DNA of 64,000 nt from Candidatus Obscuribacteraceae bacterium (GTDB lineage Bacteria > Cyanobacteriota > Vampirovibrionia > Obscuribacterales > Obscuribacteraceae). Location of the stretch: contig JBGAHS010000003.1 of assembly GCA_044226015.1 (NCBI GenBank), forward strand, positions 32,001 to 96,000, given 5' to 3'. This document shows positions 17,755 through 27,258 of the stretch, piece after piece. Numbering within the stretch: position 1 is the first letter of the stretch; every line of letters begins with the position of its first letter. A model generated the notes under the pieces. The model did not search any database. It was not told the origin of the DNA and saw only the letters and a program-made list of their open reading frames with translations. Position numbers and translations under genes: made by a program.

Positions 17755-17868
17755 ATGATCATCATTCTTAAATTTGTAGGCAAAATCTTACAGCTTTCGG
17801 CTGCAGCTGCTAAATTATGCACAGTTTCGGGAACCGAAACATCCGAACTAGCGAATGGCTCGCAATAG
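17755..17868 (+). CDS. Small ORF (37 aa) with hydrophobic N-terminus
   Basis: AGGAG RBS 5 nt before ATG; MIIILKFVGKILQLSAAAAKLC...; below the ORF track cutoff. Confidence 0.4.
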   Translation: MIIILKFVGKILQLSAAAAKLCTVSGTETSELANGSQ

Positions 17869-17913
17869 CAGCCATCCAATCAGCACAGCCCAACTATCAG
17901 GCAGGTGAATTTT

Positions 17914-19272
17914 ATGACAACATCGAGCAGCACCGTATGCACCAAGCTCACGGCCAAACAGGCATACGATATCGGTATGGAATCATACTGGTATTTCTAT
18001 CCACTTCTGACAATGGACATTACAAGAAAACAGATTACGAATCTGCCTCCAGGTCAGAAACCAGGTTACGGACCAATGAATGCTTTTTCGCATATCCGCG
18101 CTTATCCGGATGCAGCTTTCAAAGTTGTTGTTCGTCCGAATTTCGATACTCTCTACAGCTGCGGCTGGCTCGATCTCAGCAAAGAGCCCATGATAGTTTC
18201 AGCTGGAGATTCGAAAGGACGCTATTACCTACTTCCTATGCTCGATATGTGGAGTGACGTTTTTGCATCTCCGGGCTGGAGAACTTCCGGCACCCAGGAA
18301 CAGCACTACTTAGTTGTGCCACCAAATTGGTCAGGTAGCGTGCCAGAGGGAGTTCAAAGAATCGACGCCACCACACCTTACGTGTGGGTGATTGGCAGAA
18401 CAAAAACTGACGGTCCAGATGATTATCCGGCGGTGCATGCATTCCAAGATTCGCTGCAAATCACGCCATTATCTCAATGGAAAAAAGCGGCAAGCACGCC
18501 TGCCCAAGAAATTGATAAGAGCCTCGACATGACTACGCCTCCGCTAGAGGCAGTGAATGCATTGGGAATGGCAGAGTATCTTGCAAAAGCAGCTGAGCTT
18601 CTCAAAATCATTCCTCCACATAAGACAGATTGGTCGATTTTGGCGAGACTCGGAAGACTCGGATTTGAGCCTGGCAAGAGCTTCGACCTCAAGCAGATTG
18701 AACCAGAATTGCAGCAAGAAGTTTCCCGCGGTGCAGCAGATGCATTGAAGATTATGCTTGAAAAAGTAAAATCAATGGGACGCCCCGTCAATGGCTGGGG
18801 GATGAATACAGACACCATGGGCGTATACGGCAACTACTACTTCAAACGCGCAATTGTGACTATGGTTGGATTAGGCGCAAACCAGCCAGAGGATGCTGTT
18901 TATCCATTGAACTTTGCAGATGCAAATGGGGAAGCGTTGACCGGTGATAAAGCTTACGTGATTAGTTTCACCAAAGACAACATGCCACCAGTTGACGCAT
19001 TCTGGTCAATCACTATGTATGATGCTGATGGCTTCCAGGTTGCAAATGAACTCAATCGTTTTGCAATTAGCTCATGGATGAAACTCAATACCAATTCAGA
19101 TGGCTCGATGGACATTTACATTCAGCACAATAACCCAGGTAAAGAGAAGGAATCAAACTGGCTGCCAGCTCCGTCCAAGGGCGTTTTGGGAGTAACAATG
19201 CGCTTGTATGCTCCACAAACCTCAGTCCTAAATGGTGACTGGGTGCCACCAGCAATCAAGAAACTAAGCTAG
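17914..19272 (+). CDS. DUF1254/DUF1214 family protein
   Basis: VVRPNFDTLYS..WLDLS.EP, GRYYLLPMLDMWSDVF, GLGANQPEDAVYP, PPVDAFWSITMYD, ESNWLPAP, MRLYAP. Confidence 0.92.
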   Translation: MTTSSSTVCTKLTAKQAYDIGMESYWYFYPLLTMDITRKQITNLPPGQKPGYGPMNAFSHIRAYPDAAFKVVVRPNFDTLYSCGWLDLSKEPMIVSAGDSKGRYYLLPMLDMWSDVFASPGWRTSGTQEQHYLVVPPNWSGSVPEGVQRIDATTPYVWVIGRTKTDGPDDYPAVHAFQDSLQITPLSQWKKAASTPAQEIDKSLDMTTPPLEAVNALGMAEYLAKAAELLKIIPPHKTDWSILARLGRLGFEPGKSFDLKQIEPELQQEVSRGAADALKIMLEKVKSMGRPVNGWGMNTDTMGVYGNYYFKRAIVTMVGLGANQPEDAVYPLNFADANGEALTGDKAYVISFTKDNMPPVDAFWSITMYDADGFQVANELNRFAISSWMKLNTNSDGSMDIYIQHNNPGKEKESNWLPAPSKGVLGVTMRLYAPQTSVLNGDWVPPAIKKLS

Positions 19273-19304
19273 TAAAACAGGCTTCAGTTATTTAGACCAT
19301 TCTT

Positions 19305-19335
19305 AAGGGCTCCGCAATTGTTCGGAGCCCTTTTT
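19305..19335 (+). terminator. Intrinsic terminator
   Basis: AAGGGCTCCG-loop-CGGAGCCCTT followed by a T run. Confidence 0.85.
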
Positions 19336-19594
19336 GTATCGCAACTTCTTTTTTGGTATCGCTTCTTCCTTTTCTGTGGCTACTTCTTTTTTGGTATCGC
19401 TTCTTCCTTTTTTGTGGCTACTTCTTTTCGCGTAGCTTCTTCTTTTTTGTGGCTACTTCTTTTCGTGGTTCTTTTTGCAACTCCTGCTTTTGATATAACT
19501 TCTTCTTTTCGTGTAGCTTCTTCTTTTTTTGTGGGTTTCTCTGATTTTCTGTTTTGCCCCTCTTGTCGTCCCTCTTCTTATTTTCACCGAGTCA

Positions 19595-19845
19595 ATCCAA
19601 ATTTCATCCTCAGATCGGTACCGATCCAATTTCATCCCCAGATCGGTACCGATCCAAGTTTCATCCCCAGATCGGTACCGATCCAATTTCATCCCCAGAT
19701 CGGTACCGATCCAAATTTCATCCTCAGATCGGTACCGATCCAATTTCATCCTCAGATCGGTACTGATCCAAGTTTCATCCTCAGATCGGTACTGATCCAA
19801 GTTTCATCCTCAGATCGGTACCGATCCAATTTCATCCCCAGATCG
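19595..19845. repeat. 28-29 bp tandem array built on the palindrome GATCGGTACCGATC (8 cores)
   Basis: Cores at 19613, 19641, 19670, 19698, 19727, 19755*, 19784*, 19813 (* single-base variant); near-constant CAA(N)TTTCATCCYCA linker. Confidence 0.95.
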
Positions 19846-19986
19846 TTTGGGGCGGGTCACGATATTTTCATCAAAGTCCGATAGATTAAATCCAAGATTA
19901 AATTCTCAGCTCAGGTCCAAGAATTTTTTTTAATGGATATTATCAAGTGTGGCGGGCTTGATGATCTCTTCTATGGAAACAAAAGA

Positions 19987-22791
19987 ATGGCAGATGAGAG
20001 CAAGAATGGTTCGGACAAACAAGGCGAAACGCCTGAGAAGATTCCCGAAAAATCCTTAACCCCTGAAGGCAGTCCCCAGCAGCAAAAGGCTGACAGTGAC
20101 GCACAAAGATTAGCCCAGCAAAGGCAACCTGGCACTGTAACCTTACCCGAAATTACAATAGCTGGCACCGATGCAAAGGCTGGCAACGCCAAGCCGACCG
20201 CAAGTGAAGGACAAACTTCTTGGTCAACTCAAGACCTCAGCAGAGTTCTCAAATATCTCGATTCAATCAAACCCGCTGCAGAAAGAACCCTGGGCGTTAC
20301 TGACAGCGCCGGCGATCGGGCCCAAAGAAACACCTATATTCTTTTAAGAGACAAAATTCTGCCCGAATTGAAATCACAAGGCAAAATCGGCGCGGAATGG
20401 CAACTTTTTCCAACCACTGCGCAATCACCTGCGGACAAAGTGGGAGCAGACTACTTGCTGGTTAATACCAAAACCGGCGCATTCCACTTATTAGATGCCA
20501 CGCTGAAAGAAAACAAGGGCAACGTATTCGCATTGCGCGCTGGTGGCGTCATTGTCGTAGACAACCGTTTGTTTGATGCACTCAGCGCATTGAAAACCAC
20601 AGACGGTGGAGCTATTGGAGAGGCTGCCACTCAGTTGAAAACTGACATAAGCCAACAAATTACATCGCTGACAAAAAGTAATACACCTTTCAAGCTAGGT
20701 CCTGATGGTACGCCGATGCCTAGTGTAACCATCGTGTCAGAGCAAAAAGCGAAATCAGAAATAACCAAACTTTCTGAATGGGCAAAGGCAGAAGCTAAGG
20801 CAAGCACAGGAAATGAAGCACGACTCTTCAATGAAATGTCCAGCGTTGTAGAAGGGTCCTTCAGACATCTCGATAAAGCTGCAAGAGAGATTGCCAGTCC
20901 GAAGCTAGCAGAATCAGTAAGTAGAGCTACAGATGCAGAAATAGCTAAATACGCCTTAGCAAAATACAAAGGTGAAAAATACGACGCGGCGAAGCCAGGC
21001 GCAGCTGCAAATAATCTCCACGTTCTCAAAGACGGCAAGCTTGTTATGCCCGTGCAATCAGGGGAGATTCATGTTGGCGGAAATTTTGCCGACCATCTTG
21101 AAAAAAGTTGGGGGTCATTACAGAGCGAGAAAAAGCTACTTAGCCTGCTCTCAAACAAAGACCTCAAGGCTATGGGAGCGGACACCACAAGCTTCGAAAA
21201 GCTGAGTGGAGAAGAAAGGGCGGAAGCTATCTACAAAGCCTATAGATCTCAACGTCAGTTCCAGAATGAAGCCAACAAACTGAGAAATACCCTGCACTCC
21301 GAACAACAAGTGATCAAGGCTGGAGGTGCGCTTGGCACCGGAGCACCTGTCATAGCCGAGAACATAATGGCAAGACTGCGGGCACGTCCTGATAGTACGC
21401 TTCTCGGAATTGCACCTAAGCCAGAAGCCGCAGCCGCACCAGATAAGCCAGCTATCAAAACCGCATTTTCAGATATCGACAAAACAGCAAGCAAACCAAT
21501 CGAGGCATTGGCTGAATTCAGCGGATTGGAAAAACACGATAACAAAGTCAGCTCTAACCTCAGCACCAGCATGGAATTGCTACTCGCCGATCAGCAAGAG
21601 CGTCGCGCCAAAGACCCTACAGCGAAAGATCTCTGGACACAAGTGGAATTCGACCGTTTCACCAAGCTTAACGAGGCATATTCAAACCCTTCGCATCCAG
21701 ACCATGCGGACAGTGTAAAACAACTACATGACCTTCTGAACAAAAAAGTAGAAATGGCTGAGTCCGAGGCTGAGAAAGCACAAGCAGTGCTTCAAGGAAA
21801 TCCTATTTTCGAGAAGCTCACAGATGAAACTCGCATGAAAGAAGCAGTGAAGCAATTAAGTGATAGGACTAAAACCCTTCCTGCTCAAGACAAAGATGAA
21901 TATCTAGCCAAACAGATTAAAGAGGCTCTTCGCAAACAAACTGGTGCTGCGACTTTATCCGAATTGCCAGAGTCGGTTCGTCAGCTCAAAGTAAAGATGG
22001 TGGAAGGATCTGCCAATTCCGTAAGAGTGAATGCAAGCGGAGTACTAGAGATTCCCTCGAAATTACTGAGGGATGATCCCAAAAAAGCTGTTGCAGAAGC
22101 ATACGCACATGCTTCTGGAATGAGTATGCTGGACCTACTAAGACAAGAAGGCAATGAGCATCTAACAATGCGATCGCTAAAGCCAATGCTGTCCAAAATT
22201 GCAGAGCGCGCAGAAACAGTAGTTACAGCTCAGTTAGAGTCAGCGAAAACTAATGCGCATGTGCCGATCAATTCCGAAGCAGCTTCCACTGAGCGCAAAA
22301 CAGAAATACCTAAAGAGAGAGCCATAGTAACAAGTTGGAACGGCGAGATTCTCAACTTTGGCAACGAGAAATTCAATGTAAGCTCTGAACTTGCGAAACT
22401 AAATAGAGAACGCGCTGAGAAAATCAAAGCGCTCGAAACTGAGTTTGAAAAGGCCCAAAAGACAGCTGAATCAAAACAAACGGACGAAAACAAACAAAGA
22501 GTTACAAGCTTAGAGCAACAGCTAATTGCAGAAAGACAGAACTCAAAAATTGCAACCGATTTGCATCAATCGCTGACTGGCTCGCGCGGAGCCGAAGCTC
22601 AAAGCAAGGCGCAGACGCTTATAAAACAAGCGGCGGAAAGAGCTGCAGAACAGCATATGAGCAAGAGAGGGGGCTCCGCTACATTCAGCCGTGCCTCAGC
22701 GATTGCATTATTGCTGTCAACTGCAACAGCGCTTTACGTGCAAGGCAACGGACCTGCCCGCGCCGATGTTTACGAGACCCACATTCGTTAA
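19987..22791 (+). CDS. Large hypothetical protein; possible PD-(D/E)xK nuclease-like segment, coiled coil and C-terminal hydrophobic helix
   Basis: 934-aa ORF with ADKVGADYLLVN...FHLLDATLKENK and terminal ASAIALLLSTATALYV. Confidence 0.75.
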   Translation: MADESKNGSDKQGETPEKIPEKSLTPEGSPQQQKADSDAQRLAQQRQPGTVTLPEITIAGTDAKAGNAKPTASEGQTSWSTQDLSRVLKYLDSIKPAAERTLGVTDSAGDRAQRNTYILLRDKILPELKSQGKIGAEWQLFPTTAQSPADKVGADYLLVNTKTGAFHLLDATLKENKGNVFALRAGGVIVVDNRLFDALSALKTTDGGAIGEAATQLKTDISQQITSLTKSNTPFKLGPDGTPMPSVTIVSEQKAKSEITKLSEWAKAEAKASTGNEARLFNEMSSVVEGSFRHLDKAAREIASPKLAESVSRATDAEIAKYALAKYKGEKYDAAKPGAAANNLHVLKDGKLVMPVQSGEIHVGGNFADHLEKSWGSLQSEKKLLSLLSNKDLKAMGADTTSFEKLSGEERAEAIYKAYRSQRQFQNEANKLRNTLHSEQQVIKAGGALGTGAPVIAENIMARLRARPDSTLLGIAPKPEAAAAPDKPAIKTAFSDIDKTASKPIEALAEFSGLEKHDNKVSSNLSTSMELLLADQQERRAKDPTAKDLWTQVEFDRFTKLNEAYSNPSHPDHADSVKQLHDLLNKKVEMAESEAEKAQAVLQGNPIFEKLTDETRMKEAVKQLSDRTKTLPAQDKDEYLAKQIKEALRKQTGAATLSELPESVRQLKVKMVEGSANSVRVNASGVLEIPSKLLRDDPKKAVAEAYAHASGMSMLDLLRQEGNEHLTMRSLKPMLSKIAERAETVVTAQLESAKTNAHVPINSEAASTERKTEIPKERAIVTSWNGEILNFGNEKFNVSSELAKLNRERAEKIKALETEFEKAQKTAESKQTDENKQRVTSLEQQLIAERQNSKIATDLHQSLTGSRGAEAQSKAQTLIKQAAERAAEQHMSKRGGSATFSRASAIALLLSTATALYVQGNGPARADVYETHIR

Positions 22792-22861
22792 ACCACTAAC
22801 GTATGTAAGTTACAAATCACACGAATTCCTGCTCACAAGATCCTTGATCCGACAGCAGAGC

Positions 22862-23147
22862 AACTCCACATATCAAGCAGATTTTTCCTGCACGGCAGCT
22901 TTCAATCCCCTTAAATCGGTACCGATTTAAGTTCGTTTTTTGATTGCCAGATCGGTACCGATCTCAGTTTGAATTTTGCACTGTGAACTCGACCAATTTC
23001 TGACAGCGGAGTAACTCCACATATCAAGCAGATTCTTCCTCACGACTGCTTTCAACCCATTAAATCGGTACAGATTTCAGTTCGTTTTTTGATTGCCAGA
23101 TCGGTACCGATCTCAGATTGATTTCGAATTACCAGATCGGACCGATC
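22862..23147. repeat. Two ~150-bp direct repeats, each carrying ATCGGTACCGAT palindrome cores
   Basis: AACTCCACATATCAAGCAGATT at 22862 and 23013; 22-bp palindrome CTTAAATCGGTACCGATTTAAG at 22910; GATCGGTACCGATC at 22950 and 23099. Confidence 0.85.
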
Positions 23148-23297
23148 AAGATTGATGCAACGTTGCATATCAAGCGGATTCGATAAACAGCGGATCTCAA
23201 GCGATCGCGATCATTTAAGGTTTATTTCGCGCCAAAGTCGCGTCAAGTGATCGAAAAGTACAAACAGTCCATTCGTAACTTCTTTATCGATCAATGC

Positions 23298-24086
23298 TTA
23301 GTATTGACGAAGAGCGCCACCATCAATGGTGATAGTGGTCCCCGTAATAAATTCCGCTCGGGGTGATGAAAGAAAAGCCACGAGAGCTCCCAAGTCATCC
23401 GGCTTACCGAAACGCTGAACTGGTGAGTAGCTCGCCCATTCGTCTAGAACAGCATCGACAGATTTGCTTTGGGACACGGCATATTGCTTTGCCAAATCAC
23501 GAACGAGCGGCGTATCGAAATACCCAGGACAAATAACATTCACTGTCACGCCACTTGCAGCGACTTCAGTCGCTATACACTTAGCAAGTGCATTCAAACC
23601 AGTTCGCAATGTACTTTGAACAACCGAAGTTTTTTCGGGTTCAAGACCAAAGATTGAGCCAATGTAGATTACTCGCCCATACGACCGTGACTGCATCTCT
23701 TTTAGCAGAAAGCGTGTCAGAACAATTGGCGGACGCAAAACAAGATCTGTCCCAAGCTTCCAGTGATCATCAGTGGCAACAGAGAAGGGATGCGTTGGCG
23801 GATGCCCAGTGCTTACCACTAAAATATCTATTGGGCCAAGAGCAGCTTTGGCCTCATCCACAAGAAACTGAAGCTCACTTTCAATTGTTAAATCGCAAGC
23901 AATACCTTTCACGACTGAACCCGAAGCTTCAGCAATTTCAAGAGCCGCAGCTGCGATCTTATTTGCGTCTCTTGCGCAAATTGCTACATTGGCTCCCTCA
24001 ATCGCAAGGGCTTTGGCACAGGCATATCCAAGACCATAGCTCGCGCCTGTAACAATAGCATTTTTTCCTTTGATGCTCAGATCCAT
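23298..24086 (-). CDS. Short-chain dehydrogenase/reductase (FabG-like atypical subgroup)
   Basis: MDLSIKGKNAIVTGASYGLG, NVICPG, FITGTTITIDGG; QSTLR stands in place of YxxxK. Confidence 0.92.
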   Translation of the reverse strand: MDLSIKGKNAIVTGASYGLGYACAKALAIEGANVAICARDANKIAAAALEIAEASGSVVKGIACDLTIESELQFLVDEAKAALGPIDILVVSTGHPPTHPFSVATDDHWKLGTDLVLRPPIVLTRFLLKEMQSRSYGRVIYIGSIFGLEPEKTSVVQSTLRTGLNALAKCIATEVAASGVTVNVICPGYFDTPLVRDLAKQYAVSQSKSVDAVLDEWASYSPVQRFGKPDDLGALVAFLSSPRAEFITGTTITIDGGALRQY

Positions 24087-24216
24087 CCCAGGATTCCCCC
24101 TTCTATTTCGTGAATAGTATATTCCGATTTGCAGATATTTTGCCTCAGGGATCATTTGCATCACCTCTTTCAATACGCGAAGAGCAGCGTTTGACGCTGC
24201 TCTTCATGATTTCTTC

Positions 24217-24353
24217 GAGTATGTTTCGACAGAATCCGGATTCTGAACCGAAGGTACGGGGACAATGCAATTCCGCGCTTTTCATCGAAGTATGGTTCGA
24301 CGAAATACCGGATTCTGAGCCGAAGGTACGGGGTCGATGCAATTCCGCGCTTT
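24217..24353. repeat. Two ~71-bp imperfect direct repeats
   Basis: GTATGNTTCGAC...CCGGATTCTGARCCGAAGGTACGGGG..ATGCAATTCCGCGCTTT twice, just past the aminopeptidase stop. Confidence 0.85.
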
Positions 24354-24381
24354 GCACCAAAGTAAAAGTGCGGACTCGCAG

Positions 24382-26952
24382 TTAGCCCAGAGCTGAATTC
24401 AGATTCTTACCTTCGCGCTCTTTGAACTTAACTGCAACATGAAGACGTTCGAGGTGTTGGTCGATCGTCTTTCCGCCTTGTTTAACAGGATTATCCTTCA
24501 AGAATTGGAGTACATCCTTCTCCATGTCCGGACAGACCAGCGCAGTCATGCCTTCCAGCATTCTGGCGATGGAGTTATCTGGGTATTTGCTGCGGATGTA
24601 TTCCCAACTTGACTTGATATGATTCCATGCAAGGTTCCTTCCAGCACAATTCATCATCACAGAACGCACCAAATATGGTGCATTCTGTGTGCGGACTTCG
24701 CCACTGGTAGCTTTCTCTAGAGTAGCTTTTAACAACTCCTCTTGCTTGAATCCAGCAAGAGCAAACAGATAGCGTTCCTCCTCTTGCGGCGTCTTTCCTT
24801 CCTTCCAGAGTTTCACAAACTCATCGTATTGGGACTTGTCACCAGAGGCAGCAACAATAGAAATCAAAGCTGGAAGCAAATTAGGATCTACAGCTTTCGC
24901 GTCCTGACGGCTCTTCTTGTAGAGCTCCTTAGCCTTGTCTTGTGTCTTAGTACAATTGCCTACTGTGCCCAGACTTGCAATCACAGTGCTTCGCAACTGC
25001 CCTGTCAGCTGATCTTCCTTATCGGCGGGCTGCCATCCAAGGCGGTTAACGACTGGCTCAAGCAACTTGCTTGTGTAAGACTCGAGCGCCTTACGATCGG
25101 CGTCCTCCACAACACGATCCAAATATGAAAGCGAGCCAGCAATAACCAGCCAGACATTCTTGTCAGTCTCTTCCTTGAACATCGGAAGCATTTTCAAGTA
25201 ATCAGACACCGCAACATGACCTGCAATAGTCATCGACCAAGTGTCATTTACCAGATTGAATCTTTCGATAGCAGACAGTTTATTGAATACATCACTGCTC
25301 AGTTTCTCAAGTAAATTAGAAGAGTAGCGAACACGATAGAAGCCATGTCCACCCGCATTCACAATAACGTAATCAGCTTCTGCTGGAAGATCAACGGTAG
25401 TTTTCTCCTCAGTTAACAAAACCTTCTTAGATTCCTTTCCGGATTTTGTTTTGATCTCGAGCATAACAGGCACGTGGAACAATTGCTTCTCGGCTTGATC
25501 TGCAAGGTAGAAGAATCGTTGCTGCGTGAGCGAGAGTTTCTTGCCGCTTGCATCGAGTTCGGCAGTGAGCATCGGATAGCCTTTCTGATAAATCCAGGAA
25601 TCCATCAACTTGCGAACCGGCTCTTTAGAAACATGTTCGATGGCATCCCAGAGATCGCTTGTTTCAGTATTGGCGAATTGATGCTTGTTCAAATAATGGC
25701 TTACGCCTTTGGCGAATACATCAGAGCCGAGATATTGCTCTAACATTCGCAGTACAGAAGCGCCCTTTTCATACGTGAGCACGTCAAACATGGCTTCGCA
25801 TTCATGAGGATGATGAACAGGAAATTCGATTGGGCGAGTAGCTTTTAAACCGTCCGTAACGAATGCTGCTCCACGAGACGCACCGAAAGAATTCCAACGC
25901 TTCCACTCTGGCTTGAAATCATCAACCGCAAGCATTTCGGCAAAGGTCGCAAATGCTTCGTTTAGCCATATGCCGTTCCACCAGGACATGGTGGTCAAAT
26001 CACCGAACCACATGTGTGCAATTTCGTGTGCCACTACATCAGCGATTCTCTCGAGTTCTGCATGAGAGGCTGCTTTTTCATCAACCAGAAGCGCGCTTTC
26101 TCTAAAGGTGACACATCCAAGGTTTTCCATGGCGCCAAATGCGAAATCGGGAATCGCAATAAGATCAAGCTTGTCCCCTGCATACGGCACACCGTAATAT
26201 TTTTCGAAAAAGTTCAATGCATGCACACCGGAACTCATTGCAAAGTCGGTCAAGTGCTTCTTGCCTTTAACAGACCATACACGCACTGGCGTTTTACCTG
26301 CCATTCGAGCTTCAGTGGCTTCAAAATCACCGATTACAAAAGCAACAATATACGTCGACATTTTGATCGTTTCTTTGAAGTCGACTTCTTTCTTGCCATT
26401 GCCGATAGATTTTTCAGAAAGGAAAGTACCATTTGAAATAGCAGTCAGATTCTCATCAATTTCCAGAGTGATTTTGAAAACAGCTTTGAAATCTGGCTCA
26501 TCAAAGCAAGGAAATGCGCGACGAGCATCTGTGGCTTCAAATTGCGTGGTGCCGAGAACTCGCTTCTTGCCACTGTCGTCTGTGTAGGTGCTGCGATAGA
26601 AGCCATGAAGTTTGTCGTTCAATTCGCCTTCGAACTTAATGTTGAGGATCCATTCGCCTGGCTTGAGAGCTTCGTTGAAAGTTAATTTCAAGCGCTCTGA
26701 TTCGTCATTCACTTCGAATTTAGCTTCGTGAGACTCGCTGTCTTTGACAGCCGACGCACTGTGAACCTTCAGCTCCAACGAATTCAGCAAAACTTCGCTG
26801 ACTGCCTCTTTGACATTGACATAAACTTTCACATCGCCGCCGAACTTGAATGACTCGAGGTCGGGACTTAGACGAACTTCGTAGCGGCTTGGAATTACAG
26901 TACGAGGAAGCCTGTATTCCAATTTCTCTGGCTCTGCAAGCGCTGTTGACAT
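24382..26952 (-). CDS. pepN: M1 family aminopeptidase (puromycin-sensitive/ERAP1_C type)
   Basis: YRLP, TQFEATDARRAFPCFDEP, GAMEN, HEIAHMWFG...WLNEAFA, YEKGASVLRML; AGGAG RBS. Confidence 0.95.
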   Translation of the reverse strand: MSTALAEPEKLEYRLPRTVIPSRYEVRLSPDLESFKFGGDVKVYVNVKEAVSEVLLNSLELKVHSASAVKDSESHEAKFEVNDESERLKLTFNEALKPGEWILNIKFEGELNDKLHGFYRSTYTDDSGKKRVLGTTQFEATDARRAFPCFDEPDFKAVFKITLEIDENLTAISNGTFLSEKSIGNGKKEVDFKETIKMSTYIVAFVIGDFEATEARMAGKTPVRVWSVKGKKHLTDFAMSSGVHALNFFEKYYGVPYAGDKLDLIAIPDFAFGAMENLGCVTFRESALLVDEKAASHAELERIADVVAHEIAHMWFGDLTTMSWWNGIWLNEAFATFAEMLAVDDFKPEWKRWNSFGASRGAAFVTDGLKATRPIEFPVHHPHECEAMFDVLTYEKGASVLRMLEQYLGSDVFAKGVSHYLNKHQFANTETSDLWDAIEHVSKEPVRKLMDSWIYQKGYPMLTAELDASGKKLSLTQQRFFYLADQAEKQLFHVPVMLEIKTKSGKESKKVLLTEEKTTVDLPAEADYVIVNAGGHGFYRVRYSSNLLEKLSSDVFNKLSAIERFNLVNDTWSMTIAGHVAVSDYLKMLPMFKEETDKNVWLVIAGSLSYLDRVVEDADRKALESYTSKLLEPVVNRLGWQPADKEDQLTGQLRSTVIASLGTVGNCTKTQDKAKELYKKSRQDAKAVDPNLLPALISIVAASGDKSQYDEFVKLWKEGKTPQEEERYLFALAGFKQEELLKATLEKATSGEVRTQNAPYLVRSVMMNCAGRNLAWNHIKSSWEYIRSKYPDNSIARMLEGMTALVCPDMEKDVLQFLKDNPVKQGGKTIDQHLERLHVAVKFKEREGKNLNSALG

Positions 26953-27258
26953 TAATCTCTCTCCTGGATTGATGCGCCTCACCTACACAGCGAGATTGAC
27001 ACCTTCATAAAAGAGGCGGCAAACAAGCCCGATTCTCAAGAAGATCGGTGCGGCTGGTTGAAAAAGAATGAGCAGAGAATACCACAGATAGGGCAAGAAG
27101 CGCGGAAATTTAAGGCTCGAAGATCTCATTTCCAGCCTATCAGCAGCGCAATGTTAATGCATTCTGGCGATCCAGCAGACATAGTCGAATGCAGGTGTAA
27201 AATATGCACTCATGCTTTTCAAAGCCAGTAAGCTATTACTTTTGCAGGTGAAAAATCT

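Noticed and set aside
19595..19845. CRISPR array (palindromic repeat at regular spacing)
   Set aside because: Intervening sequences are 14-15 bp and nearly identical rather than unique spacers; no cas genes in the window.
19318..19884. 188-aa hydrophobic ORF and opposite-strand Lys/Arg-rich ORF
   Set aside because: They derive from a T-rich low-complexity tract after a terminator plus the palindrome array.
22040..22120. Zincin HExxH motif in the 19987 protein (AEAYAH)
   Set aside because: The first His is absent and the spacing is wrong; the resemblance is too weak.
24217..24353. tRNA or riboswitch in the 71-bp duplication (contains TTCGA)
   Set aside because: No cloverleaf, acceptor stem or known aptamer consensus could be built; kept only as a repeat.
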